Below are positions 1-6,878 of a stretch of 64,000 nt of DNA, piece by piece. The DNA comes from a virus. Below the pieces are notes generated by a model. It was not told the DNA's origin, ran no database searches, and saw nothing but the letters and a program-made list of their open reading frames with translations. The DNA lies in the IMG/VR virus record IMGVR_UViG_3300047546_001437, positions 1 through 64,000 of that record; one strand, given 5' to 3'. Positions within the stretch are counted from its first letter, which is position 1; every line of letters starts with the position of its first letter. The position numbers were made by a program, and so were the translations under genes.

Positions 1-121
1 TAGCATTTCCAAAGTCTACGCATTTATTCCATACATCAACCGCCTCTAGCATATCTGCGGTCTTGAAATCAGCATACAATTCTCCGTCATAGGAGATAGT
101 TATAGCATAGTTATATTCCAT
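1..121 (-). CDS. hypothetical early protein, runs off the window start
   Basis: Hand-translated MEYNYAITISYDGELYADFKTADMLEAVDVWNKCVDFGNA...; GGAGG SD upstream, tightly coupled to the preceding gene. Confidence 0.6.
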   Translation of the reverse strand, partial: MEYNYAITISYDGELYADFKTADMLEAVDVWNKCVDFGNA

Positions 122-122
122 T

Positions 123-269
123 TTAGTCCTCCAATTCAAATTCAATATAGTTGTCATTTCCGTCATCTTTTAGATTAGTATAGATAATTAGTTGTCCGTC
201 ATTATCTTCTTCAATCTGATATTCAGGAGCAATCTTAGCGAGTGCTGTTCTAAATTTATATCCATTCAT
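123..269 (-). CDS. hypothetical 48-aa acidic protein
   Basis: Hand-translated MNGYKFRTALAKIAPEYQIEEDNDGQLIIYTN...; fills the operon gap exactly. Confidence 0.6.
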   Translation of the reverse strand: MNGYKFRTALAKIAPEYQIEEDNDGQLIIYTNLKDDGNDNYIEFELED

Positions 270-270
270 T

Positions 271-567
271 TTAGTATTCCCTTTCTATTAGCCATGCCTC
301 TAAGTGGTGAGCCTCAATAATAGCAGAAGCAGGGGCTAAGTCGCTACCTCGCCACGATATACCTTCAGGAAGTTTTATAGGCAAATCCCAAAGTCCTGCG
401 TCATTTACTGCGTCAATAGCCTGAATACAAGGTGCGACCATGAATGAGGGAACGGGAGGATAGTGATTACTAGATAAGTGAATTGCTATCTGCTTTTCAA
501 TAGGAATATGAATACCCATATCCTCTAATACTCCACTTGCCATTTCGTTAGCCATATTACTTCCCAT
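271..567 (-). CDS. hypothetical early protein
   Basis: ORF track; GAGG SD; operon packing. Confidence 0.75.
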   Translation of the reverse strand: MGSNMANEMASGVLEDMGIHIPIEKQIAIHLSSNHYPPVPSFMVAPCIQAIDAVNDAGLWDLPIKLPEGISWRGSDLAPASAIIEAHHLEAWLIEREY

Positions 568-569
568 TA

Positions 570-782
570 TTATCGTGCCTCCATTGTTGCGAATAGTTCA
601 GGCTCACTTAGCAAACCATTATCATAGATTACTGAGCCATCTTCATCTAAAATAATTCCGTATATATTACACTCGCAGTCTTCAATATCATAGTCCTCGC
701 CATTAGCAAATCCATGATAACCTCTACCCTGACACAAATCGCAATTAGCAATAGTGCGTAGTGCGTATTCTAATTTATCCAT
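570..782 (-). CDS. small Cys-rich (CxxCxGxG...CxC) putative zinc-binding protein
   Basis: CDLCQGRG...EDYDIEDCEC; AAAGGA SD and own promoter. Confidence 0.75.
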   Translation of the reverse strand: MDKLEYALRTIANCDLCQGRGYHGFANGEDYDIEDCECNIYGIILDEDGSVIYDNGLLSEPELFATMEAR

Positions 783-809
783 TTTTATTTCCTTTCTTTC
801 AATACTGAA

Positions 810-838
810 ATCCTATCATGGGGGACTGACAAAATCAA
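810..838 (-). promoter_or_regulatory. early promoter TTGATT-17-TAGGAT (TG-extended)
   Basis: Read on the minus strand; spacer starts TTGTCAG as in sibling promoters. Confidence 0.7.
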
Positions 839-852
839 ATCCCCCACGCCCT

Positions 853-1350
853 TTACCACGAAGAAGTGTAGTAAAAGGACAATTTGGACATTTCGGGCAG
901 AGCGAATATTCTGTCCAATTTAGTCTTAGTATTCTTTAGGTCATTCCAATACCATTCGTCAATATCATATGAACCAAAGAAAAATCCTGCTCTAGGTTGA
1001 AGCAGATTAGGGTTGCGTTCTGCCAAAGCCTTATTCACTAGATCAAGTAACTCTTTCAGTTTCTCATGAGATACATAGTATTCACCGCAGTCATCATTAC
1101 CCTGTTGAACATTATCAACAAACCATGCGTGTATCTGATTAGCCTTGCGCCAATAAGCACAAGTTACATCTACATTTACTCCATAGATATCAACTGCGAC
1201 ATCTGACATCTGAGCGGTATTTACAATTTCAGTCCAAAGTGGATTTACCACTTCTGGACTATCCATAGACAATTCATCATTATTCTGAAGTGTCTGCCAA
1301 TTTATTTTTTCCACGTATTTTTTAGCGTGGAGATACATATCTAGTCCCAT
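853..1350 (-). CDS. conserved phage hypothetical protein (MGLDMYL...YWRKANQIH family)
   Basis: ORF track; motifs MGLD, YWRK, GFFFGS, terminal SSW; strong SD. Confidence 0.85.
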   Translation of the reverse strand: MGLDMYLHAKKYVEKINWQTLQNNDELSMDSPEVVNPLWTEIVNTAQMSDVAVDIYGVNVDVTCAYWRKANQIHAWFVDNVQQGNDDCGEYYVSHEKLKELLDLVNKALAERNPNLLQPRAGFFFGSYDIDEWYWNDLKNTKTKLDRIFALPEMSKLSFYYTSSW

Positions 1351-1365
1351 TTATTTATTTCCTTT

Positions 1366-1563
1366 CTATTCTGAAACCTTGACGGCAATAGTAGCCCAAC
1401 GATTACCATTGAAACGAATTGCGTAGGCTTCATAGTTTTCGCCTACCCAAACATCATCACGCTTTTCTGCGTAAGTAATTTCTCCGCCTTGATAACGGCG
1501 AGCAAGTGAGGTTGGTCTATAATACTGACCAACAAGTAAATCAACAATTGAGTAAGTTCTCAT
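1366..1563 (-). CDS. hypothetical protein, paralog of 2410-2613
   Basis: Shared YSIxxLLVGxxYR...GEIxxAEK...EAY...TxAVK. Confidence 0.75.
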   Translation of the reverse strand: MRTYSIVDLLVGQYYRPTSLARRYQGGEITYAEKRDDVWVGENYEAYAIRFNGNRWATIAVKVSE

Positions 1564-1593
1564 TAGTTTTCCTTTCTTTATTTTCAGGCTTCT

Positions 1594-1634
1594 AGCCTAT
1601 CATTTTCTACTGACATTTTCAAATCGACACGCCG
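1594..1634 (-). promoter_or_regulatory. early promoter TTGAAA-17-TAGGCT with upstream CGGCGTGTC box
   Basis: Direct reading; GACACGCCG at 1626-1634. Confidence 0.7.
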
Positions 1635-1655
1635 TAATTCTGGAAAAAATTCGGG

Positions 1656-1671
1656 TGTGTTTATAATCACA
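1656..1671. promoter_or_regulatory. CRP/GlxR-like box TGTGT-N6-TCACA
   Basis: 9/10 match to TGTGA-N6-TCACA. Confidence 0.5.
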
Positions 1672-1680
1672 TCTTAAGCC

Positions 1681-1701
1681 TGTGGATAAACCTGTGGAAA
1701 A
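1681..1701. promoter_or_regulatory. two tandem DnaA-box-like sites (TGTGGATAA, TGTGGAAAA)
   Basis: Reverse complements TTATCCACA and TTTTCCACA fit the TT(A/T)TNCACA consensus; intergenic. Confidence 0.55.
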
Positions 1702-1842
1702 CCCCTCGGGGGGATTTTGTTGAAACTTCAACTAAGTAATTGAAATCTCAACAAAACTTTTTGGATCAATTTAGAATTAGATAAGCAACACTAAATCCAA
1801 TTCCAATACACATTGTTAGTAAACCAATTGTTTGTAAAACTA

Positions 1843-2034
1843 TCATACTGGAATAAATCCTAACTCATCAACGCCACACGCTTTTTCAAATTTTGCTTTA
1901 TCAAATCTTTCGTTATCTGCTGCGAAATATTGTGCGAATTCTTCTACTAAATCTTCGAAAACTTGTGGGTGAATTTCTTCACTAAATCCTTTTAGAATAT
2001 TTGAAGTTTTGACATAGTCTTTTCGTGTCATCAT
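1843..2034 (-). CDS. hypothetical early protein (MTRKDY...DNERFD family)
   Basis: ORF track; TAATG coupling. Confidence 0.8.
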   Translation of the reverse strand: MMTRKDYVKTSNILKGFSEEIHPQVFEDLVEEFAQYFAADNERFDKAKFEKACGVDELGFIPV

Positions 2035-2294
2035 TAGTTATTCTCCTCATCTAGTAGAATGAAAGCATGAGTGCCACCATCATTGACACGCTCTAATTCT
2101 GCAAGTAATTCATCACGAGTTAGAAGTGAAGCGTCACCTACTAATTCTGTTACTGCCTGCGTATTCATATCCGCTACAACCTGAGCAGGTAATTTAGCGA
2201 GTGAGCCTGCGAATGGAGAATTAGCGTCAATTCTTGAAATAAACTTTACACCATTAGCGGAAAATTTATAGTCTGTGAAATTAGTTGTAGTCAT
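2034..2294 (-). CDS. hypothetical early protein
   Basis: ORF track; SD; TAATG coupling. Confidence 0.75.
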   Translation of the reverse strand: MTTTNFTDYKFSANGVKFISRIDANSPFAGSLAKLPAQVVADMNTQAVTELVGDASLLTRDELLAELERVNDGGTHAFILLDEENN

Positions 2295-2410
2295 TAGTTT
2301 TTACCTTTCGTGTTAGTTGTTGCTACAATTTTAGCGATTTTCTCTAAGTTTGTCAATTGTTGCGCTTTGCGCTGTTGCTCAATTAGAGCCTTGAATTCAT
2401 CTAGTTTCAT
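2294..2410 (-). CDS. hypothetical 38-aa helical protein
   Basis: Hand-translated MKLDEFKALIEQQRKAQQLTNLEKIAKIVATTNTKGKN; TAATG overlaps at both ends. Confidence 0.65.
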   Translation of the reverse strand: MKLDEFKALIEQQRKAQQLTNLEKIAKIVATTNTKGKN

Positions 2411-2613
2411 TAGTCATTTACCTTTACTGCTAGAGTGCGGAAAGTATAGCCACCTTTTAGGCTATCACGAACCTCAACGAGATACGCTTCAGCGTTTTCA
2501 TAGTGTAAGCAAGCAGGGTGTTTTTCTGCTGATACGATTTCACCTGTAAGGGTGCGAGAGCGATAAATTTTTCCTACAAGTAGGTTTTCAATTGAGTAGA
2601 TATTTGCTGACAT
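2410..2613 (-). CDS. hypothetical protein, paralog of 1366-1563
   Basis: ORF track; AAAGG SD; internal paralogy. Confidence 0.75.
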   Translation of the reverse strand: MSANIYSIENLLVGKIYRSRTLTGEIVSAEKHPACLHYENAEAYLVEVRDSLKGGYTFRTLAVKVND

Positions 2614-2647
2614 GAGTTGTCACCTTTCTTTAGTTTCTAATAATTAT

Positions 2648-2687
2648 ATTATTTCATATTTAGTTGTAAAAGTCAATTCGACACGCT
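2648..2687 (-). promoter_or_regulatory. early promoter TTGACT-17-AATAAT with upstream GCGTGTC box
   Basis: Direct reading; GACACGC at 2680. Confidence 0.6.
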
Positions 2688-2694
2688 GTCGAAA

Positions 2695-2859
2695 TTAGTG
2701 AGTTGCCTCACATTTTTCATTCGAACATTTGTTCGGAAGTGTAAAGAGATACTTCAAGAGAGCCTTACGCTCAGACATTGAAATTTCTGGGTGGTAATTC
2801 TGAACACCACCATGTTGATATTCATACACGATTTTATCTAAAGTTTTTTGAGTAAGCAT
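2695..2859 (-). CDS. hypothetical 54-aa protein
   Basis: Hand-translated MLTQKTLDKIVYEYQHGGVQNYHPEISMSERKALLKYLF...; AAAGGAG SD and promoter. Confidence 0.7.
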   Translation of the reverse strand: MLTQKTLDKIVYEYQHGGVQNYHPEISMSERKALLKYLFTLPNKCSNEKCEATH

Positions 2860-2891
2860 TTCTGCTCCTTTCTTATTTTCTAACTATCGTT

Positions 2892-2932
2892 AGTCTAACA
2901 TATAAATCTCAAAAAGTCAATTCGACACGCCG
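2892..2932 (-). promoter_or_regulatory. early promoter TTGACT-17-TAGACT with CGGCGTGTC box
   Basis: Direct reading; GACACGCCG at 2924. Confidence 0.75.
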
Positions 2933-3017
2933 TACAAATCGGACATTTTACAAAATATTTTTGTGGGGTTCGTCACACCCTGCTTAAAAGGTGCAAATCG
3001 GACATTTTGCTCGGGCA

Positions 3018-3056
3018 TTTTTTGCTAACTTTTTCAATTAGCAAAAAACTTTTTTA
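3018..3056 (-). terminator. hairpin terminator candidate
   Basis: TTTTTGCTAA...TTAGCAAAAA inverted repeat right after the stop of 3058-3207. Confidence 0.5.
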
Positions 3057-3057
3057 T

Positions 3058-3207
3058 TTATTCAACAACATCTAAAACTTCAAATGCATCAAATTTTACA
3101 ACATCAGATTCAGGAAGTTTATACATTACTTTATTCAAAGCAAAGATAGCATCAAGATCTGTTTCAGCATCAGTTACAAAACTGATTAGAATATTTTTCT
3201 TACTCAA
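3058..3207 (-). CDS. hypothetical 49-aa protein (TTG start)
   Basis: Hand-translated MSKKNILISFVTDAETDLDAIFALNKVMYKLPESDVVKF...; AAAGGAG SD. Confidence 0.6.
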   Translation of the reverse strand: MSKKNILISFVTDAETDLDAIFALNKVMYKLPESDVVKFDAFEVLDVVE

Positions 3208-3406
3208 AGTAAATCGCTCCTTTCGCATCTTTATGATTTACACAAACATTACCACGCTCTATACCTTTATGGCAAACAAAGCATAGCATTTGAAATTGCT
3301 TAGTCATTAGACCAAGTTCAATGTTCATTTGTTCATCTTTAGTAGCAGTTGAGAAATCTACCCAACCAGCACCATTTTCATCTATTCTAAAAATTTCTAT
3401 TGACAT
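3200..3406 (-). CDS. hypothetical protein with CxxC...CxxH
   Basis: ORF track; SD. Confidence 0.75.
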   Translation of the reverse strand: MSIEIFRIDENGAGWVDFSTATKDEQMNIELGLMTKQFQMLCFVCHKGIERGNVCVNHKDAKGAIYFE

Positions 3407-3450
3407 TTAGTTATCCTTTCTAAGATACTTTCGTTTTGTTTTGCTGACCT

Positions 3451-3504
3451 GATTATTTGCTATCATAGGCTCACCTTTCGGATTATTTGCTATGATAGGC
3501 TCAC
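3451..3504. repeat. 24-bp direct repeat x2 (30-bp period), candidate structured RNA
   Basis: GATTATTTGCTAT(C/G)ATAGGCTCAC at 3451 and 3481. Confidence 0.85.
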
Positions 3505-3522
3505 AGGATTTTTATTTAGTTT

Positions 3523-3720
3523 TTAGTATGGTAGAACATCTGTTCCGTAGTTTAGAACTGCGTCATACAGACTAGACATACCTTTGTAGTCTTTACAGCG
3601 AGGGCAAAAACTATTCCAACCATCTGTTAGAACTGAGCAGAATACGCAAATTTTATCTGTTACGCAGAAATCATTTTCTACTAAGTATTCAATTATTTCG
3701 TTTTTATTTAGTGTAGTCAT
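3523..3720 (-). CDS. small zinc-ribbon protein (CVFC...CPRC)
   Basis: ORF track; SD; own promoter. Confidence 0.75.
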   Translation of the reverse strand: MTTLNKNEIIEYLVENDFCVTDKICVFCSVLTDGWNSFCPRCKDYKGMSSLYDAVLNYGTDVLPY

Positions 3721-3758
3721 TTTTTGACCTACCTTTCTTTTTTCTATCTAATACGAGT

Positions 3759-3971
3759 ATTCTAGCAGGGGGGTCTGACATTTTCAGGGGTATAAATCGG
3801 ACATTTTGGACTTTGTGACGTAGAACACATGTGACGTAGCACACACGAACATCTGTTCGAATGCTCGGGGGCTCTCAGGAAACACTCAGGAATAGTGTGA
3901 TAGAAACCACAAAAATATTATTGCGACACGCCGAAAATGGACTTGATTTTGTCAGTTATCTATGTTATTAT
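3759..3971. promoter_or_regulatory. divergent promoter region with abutting CRP-, LexA-, MprA- and WhiA-like boxes
   Basis: Leftward CTGAAA-17-TAGAAT (3787-3759); rightward TTGATT-17-TATTAT (3943-3971); TGTGA-N6-ACACA at 3814 and 3830; CGAAC-N4-GTTCGA at 3846; TCTCAG-N5-ACTCAG at 3873; TGTGA-N6-CCACA at 3896; GACACGCCG at 3925. Confidence 0.7.
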
Positions 3972-4000
3972 TCTCCTATAAATAAAGAAAGGAGTCAGAA

Positions 4001-4153
4001 ATGACTAACTACATAGGAAAACTTACAGACCATGATTTATACATGGCTAACAAAATCGCAGAGCGCACAGGCTCTACCTCAGCAAAAGTGCTGAAAGATT
4101 TCAACGATTTCCTCGCTCAGGTTTATGAGCGTGAGGAAGAAGATTGTGACTAA
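4001..4153 (+). CDS. hypothetical 50-aa protein
   Basis: Hand-translated MTNYIGKLTDHDLYMANKIAERTGSTSAKVLKDFNDFLAQVYEREEEDCD; AAAGGAG SD. Confidence 0.7.
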   Translation: MTNYIGKLTDHDLYMANKIAERTGSTSAKVLKDFNDFLAQVYEREEEDCD

Positions 4154-4210
4154 CCTCACACAAAAGGGGTAGCCCACTAGCCCCAAAATGTCAGTGGCAG
4201 GGTATAGGAT
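4145..4210 (+). promoter_or_regulatory. perfect CRP-like box plus promoter (-10 TAGGAT)
   Basis: TGTGA-CTAACC-TCACA at 4145-4160; ATGTCAG spacer motif at 4188; TAGGAT at 4205. Confidence 0.6.
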
Positions 4211-4241
4211 AAGATTACTAAAAAGAAAGGTAGCAAAAGAA

Positions 4242-4430
4242 ATGCTAACACTAAATTACACAATAGAAAAAGACGGAATTACACTTTCCGAAACAAATAA
4301 ACTTATGCTCTCAGAGAGTCAAATAAATGACCTCATGGATAGCCTAGTAGCACATGGCTACATAGTAGAGTCTATGTCAGTAGAGTCTGCTACTATTACA
4401 CCTACAATTCACTACTCAGAAAGGAACTAA
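4242..4430 (+). CDS. hypothetical protein (start moved from 4188 to 4242)
   Basis: The 4188 ATG lies inside the promoter; AAAGG SD precedes ATG 4242. Confidence 0.65.
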   Translation: MLTLNYTIEKDGITLSETNKLMLSESQINDLMDSLVAHGYIVESMSVESATITPTIHYSERN

Positions 4431-4431
4431 G

Positions 4432-4542
4432 ATGATAAACTCAGTTCAGACAATAGATTGCGACTCATGCTCAGGCAGAGGACACATCTTCTATGGTGAT
4501 AACGAAGATTATCACATTGAGCCATGCGAGTGTGTGTTATGA
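4432..4542 (+). CDS. 36-aa Cys-rich protein, paralog of 570-782
   Basis: MINSVQTIDCDSCSGRGHIFYGDNEDYHIEPCECVL; AAAGGA SD. Confidence 0.7.
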   Translation: MINSVQTIDCDSCSGRGHIFYGDNEDYHIEPCECVL

Positions 4543-4664
4543 CATACTCACATGAGCAACAACTAAGATTGGCATGGATAACTAAATACGGAAGCCCAGC
4601 AGGGTATCACAAAGCAACACAACAAGAGAAAGAAGAAATACTAAATGAAACTAACAATAACTAG
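4539..4664 (+). CDS. hypothetical 41-aa protein
   Basis: ATGA overlap; MTYSHEQQLRLAWITKYGSPAGYHKATQQEKEE... Confidence 0.5.
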   Translation: MTYSHEQQLRLAWITKYGSPAGYHKATQQEKEEILNETNNN

Positions 4665-4830
4665 CATGGCAGGAAATACTTTTGAGATGAACCTACCTAC
4701 AAAAGAAAATGTCTATTATTTTATTGACATGTATAAAAAATCACTCAAGAAAAATCAACGAGTAAAAATTACTTGTGATGTATTATCTATTGACGGATAC
4801 ATTCAAGGCACTGCCCCTATCAGAAATTAA
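4645..4830 (+). CDS. hypothetical protein
   Basis: ORF track. Confidence 0.7.
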   Translation: MKLTITSMAGNTFEMNLPTKENVYYFIDMYKKSLKKNQRVKITCDVLSIDGYIQGTAPIRN

Positions 4831-4844
4831 ATAGGCAGTAGTGC

Positions 4845-4897
4845 TAAACAATTAGCAACGATCAAAAGTGCTCACTATATTTTTGCTAATTGTTTTC
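4845..4897 (+). terminator. inverted repeat ending the rightward early operon
   Basis: AAACAATTAGCA...TGCTAATTGTTT. Confidence 0.45.
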
Positions 4898-4987
4898 TAA
4901 ATCCTGTATCATACATTTCTAAAAAATATTCAGATTTTTATAAAAGTGATTTTTAAAAATTTTTTCAGATTTTGATATAATAGATCT

Positions 4988-5134
4988 ATGACCGAAAATC
5001 GACGGGATATAGAATCTGAGTCCACACCAATGCCTAATACAGATAATGCTGGTAGGGAAAAGACTTGGGTAGAAATAGGATCTGAATCAAGATGCTATTG
5101 TAGTGGATGTGCTTGCAGCACAACTAATCCTTGA
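4988..5134 (+). CDS. possible 48-aa peptide with C-terminal CYCSGCAC
   Basis: TGATATAAT 6 nt before the ATG. Confidence 0.4.
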   Translation: MTENRRDIESESTPMPNTDNAGREKTWVEIGSESRCYCSGCACSTTNP

Positions 5135-5276
5135 AAATGCCATAAATTTCAAGATAGAATTCGACTTCATAAGCATTGTTAGCCTCATCGCACATTTCTG
5201 CGATCTCTTGAGTTGTCTTATTTAAAACAACATACTGCTCTCTGAGCCAATCAGCATCTTTATATTTCGCTGACAC
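5124..5276 (-). CDS. small putative HTH protein
   Basis: Hand-translated MSAKYKDADWLREQYVVLNKTTQEIAEMC..., a pattern typical of phage HTH proteins. Confidence 0.55.
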   Translation of the reverse strand: MSAKYKDADWLREQYVVLNKTTQEIAEMCDEANNAYEVEFYLEIYGIFKD

Positions 5277-5799
5277 GATAAAAGTACCTCTTCTCTAAAA
5301 GTGCCTTAACACTTTCCTCATCTATTTTACCATCACAATTCATATGGAAATGAACATGGGGTATAGGTGGTTTGGTAGATTTTAAAGAAATACTAAGACT
5401 TGTCTCTGCCAAACCAGAAACTCTCATAATAGCCCAACCAGCCTTAATAATATAATCCAAAACCATATAGTCCTCATTTGTCTCAAATGTCTCTATATGT
5501 CGGACGGGAGATAAAAGAATATGCGTATTCTTAGTTGGCCTAGCAGCATAAGCAACCTCTATATACTCATCTACATATAGTTGAAGGTTTGGCTGATCTG
5601 CCACTAACTCTTTTATGTTGTTTGGTATATCTTCTTCTAACCTAGCATATTGAATTTCGCCAAGTAGTCTAGTATATTCTTCCTTGTTGTCCTGATATTT
5701 TCGTATTATTTTATTACCATAAGTACGTCTTATATCAGTTGGACAAAACATACATGACCCATCGATATAGCCATATCTTTTGGCTATAGGAGGTATCAT
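5260..5799 (-). CDS. HIT-family (histidine triad) nucleotide hydrolase
   Basis: N-terminal CMFC, HILLSPVRH, C-terminal PHVHFH triad. Confidence 0.75.
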   Translation of the reverse strand: MIPPIAKRYGYIDGSCMFCPTDIRRTYGNKIIRKYQDNKEEYTRLLGEIQYARLEEDIPNNIKELVADQPNLQLYVDEYIEVAYAARPTKNTHILLSPVRHIETFETNEDYMVLDYIIKAGWAIMRVSGLAETSLSISLKSTKPPIPHVHFHMNCDGKIDEESVKALLEKRYFYRVSEI

Positions 5800-5808
5800 G
5801 AGATTATA

Positions 5809-5982
5809 TTAAAATCCCAAACGGTCAGCGATTTGTCCAGCAACAGCAACTAATCCAGGTCTATTCTGAATAAGTGCTTCCTTCTTCTGCTCGTCTGTCA
5901 TATCCTTTGGAAGGGTTGCTGAAATTCCTTCTTCAACGGTATCGACAACTGCTGCTACGATCTTTTCTCTTGTAAGTTCCAT
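5809..5982 (-). CDS. hypothetical 57-aa protein
   Basis: Hand-translated MELTREKIVAAVVDTVEEGISATLPKDMTDEQKKEALIQNRPGL... Confidence 0.6.
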   Translation of the reverse strand: MELTREKIVAAVVDTVEEGISATLPKDMTDEQKKEALIQNRPGLVAVAGQIADRLGF

Positions 5983-5986
5983 TTTT

Positions 5987-6187
5987 TCACCATTTTCCTA
6001 TCGGACATTTTGCTTGCTTTAGAGTTGTCTTAAGTTTCATAAAACAACCACACTTTTTACATTTTATCATACGCTTGTTGAACCATTCACAAGTATTACA
6101 AATACTCAAACGTGACTCTATGAGATCTCTATCGCTTCTTGGCTGATTTGGATCAAACAGGTCTATAAATTTAACATCATCAGCCAT
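5987..6187 (-). CDS. Cys-rich small protein (CxxC...CKKCGCFM...CPIGKW), paralog of 13863-14099
   Basis: Motif shared within the window. Confidence 0.8.
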   Translation of the reverse strand: MADDVKFIDLFDPNQPRSDRDLIESRLSICNTCEWFNKRMIKCKKCGCFMKLKTTLKQAKCPIGKW

Positions 6188-6508
6188 TAAATGTTTTTTT
6201 GATCAATGTCAAAATACCATATGAGATCAGTCCAGCCAAAGCCATACCGATTAATGCCTCAATCATGATTTAACCACCATTTCTTAATATACCAAAATGT
6301 TAGGTTTGCAGCAATTATTGCTACATACACTTCTAAAATATTTATAATACTCATAAGGTATCCATACTACCATAATTTTCCATATAGTGCAAATCTTGTT
6401 TGCATATGTTATGGATAGGGGTGGTTTGGATATACGAAACTCTTATTTCGCCCCGCCGAAAGACGAGAGTTTACATTTTTTAAAAACACTTGTTATAATT
6501 ATCGAGTT

Positions 6509-6808
6509 ATGTTTTCTGGAAACAATACTGCGCTAGTTATCGAAATTATTATCGGAGTATCAACGATTCTCGTCGGAATCGGTGGCGCAATTAGATGGCT
6601 TACAAAACATTATTTCGATGAAATCAAATCGGAATTTAAACCTAACGGCGGATCGAGTTTAAAAGATCAAGTTAATAGACTAGAAAGAAATCAGGCTGCT
6701 TTGCAAGAAAGAATTGATAAAGCCGAAGAAACTCGTAGAGAGATGAATGAAAAACTTGATCAGATGTATTTAATTTTACTTAAGCATATTGAAAAAACTA
6801 GCAAATAA
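6509..6808 (+). CDS. single-TM coiled-coil membrane protein (holin-like?)
   Basis: N-terminal hydrophobic helix, PNGGSSLKD motif, coiled coil. Confidence 0.7.
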   Translation: MFSGNNTALVIEIIIGVSTILVGIGGAIRWLTKHYFDEIKSEFKPNGGSSLKDQVNRLERNQAALQERIDKAEETRREMNEKLDQMYLILLKHIEKTSK

Positions 6809-6813
6809 TTCCC

Positions 6814-6878
6814 TATATATAATATATAATATATATAATATATTTATATATAATATATATACTATATATAATATAAAT
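6814..6878. repeat. almost pure A/T low-complexity tract (TATATAA repeats)
   Basis: Direct reading. Confidence 0.85.

Noticed and set aside
754-939. Plus-strand ORFs 754-939 and 2310-2549
   Set aside because: Overlap well-supported minus-strand genes and promoters
6000-6012. ATCGGACATTTT copy
   Set aside because: Explained by the codons for KCPI in the 5987-6187 gene
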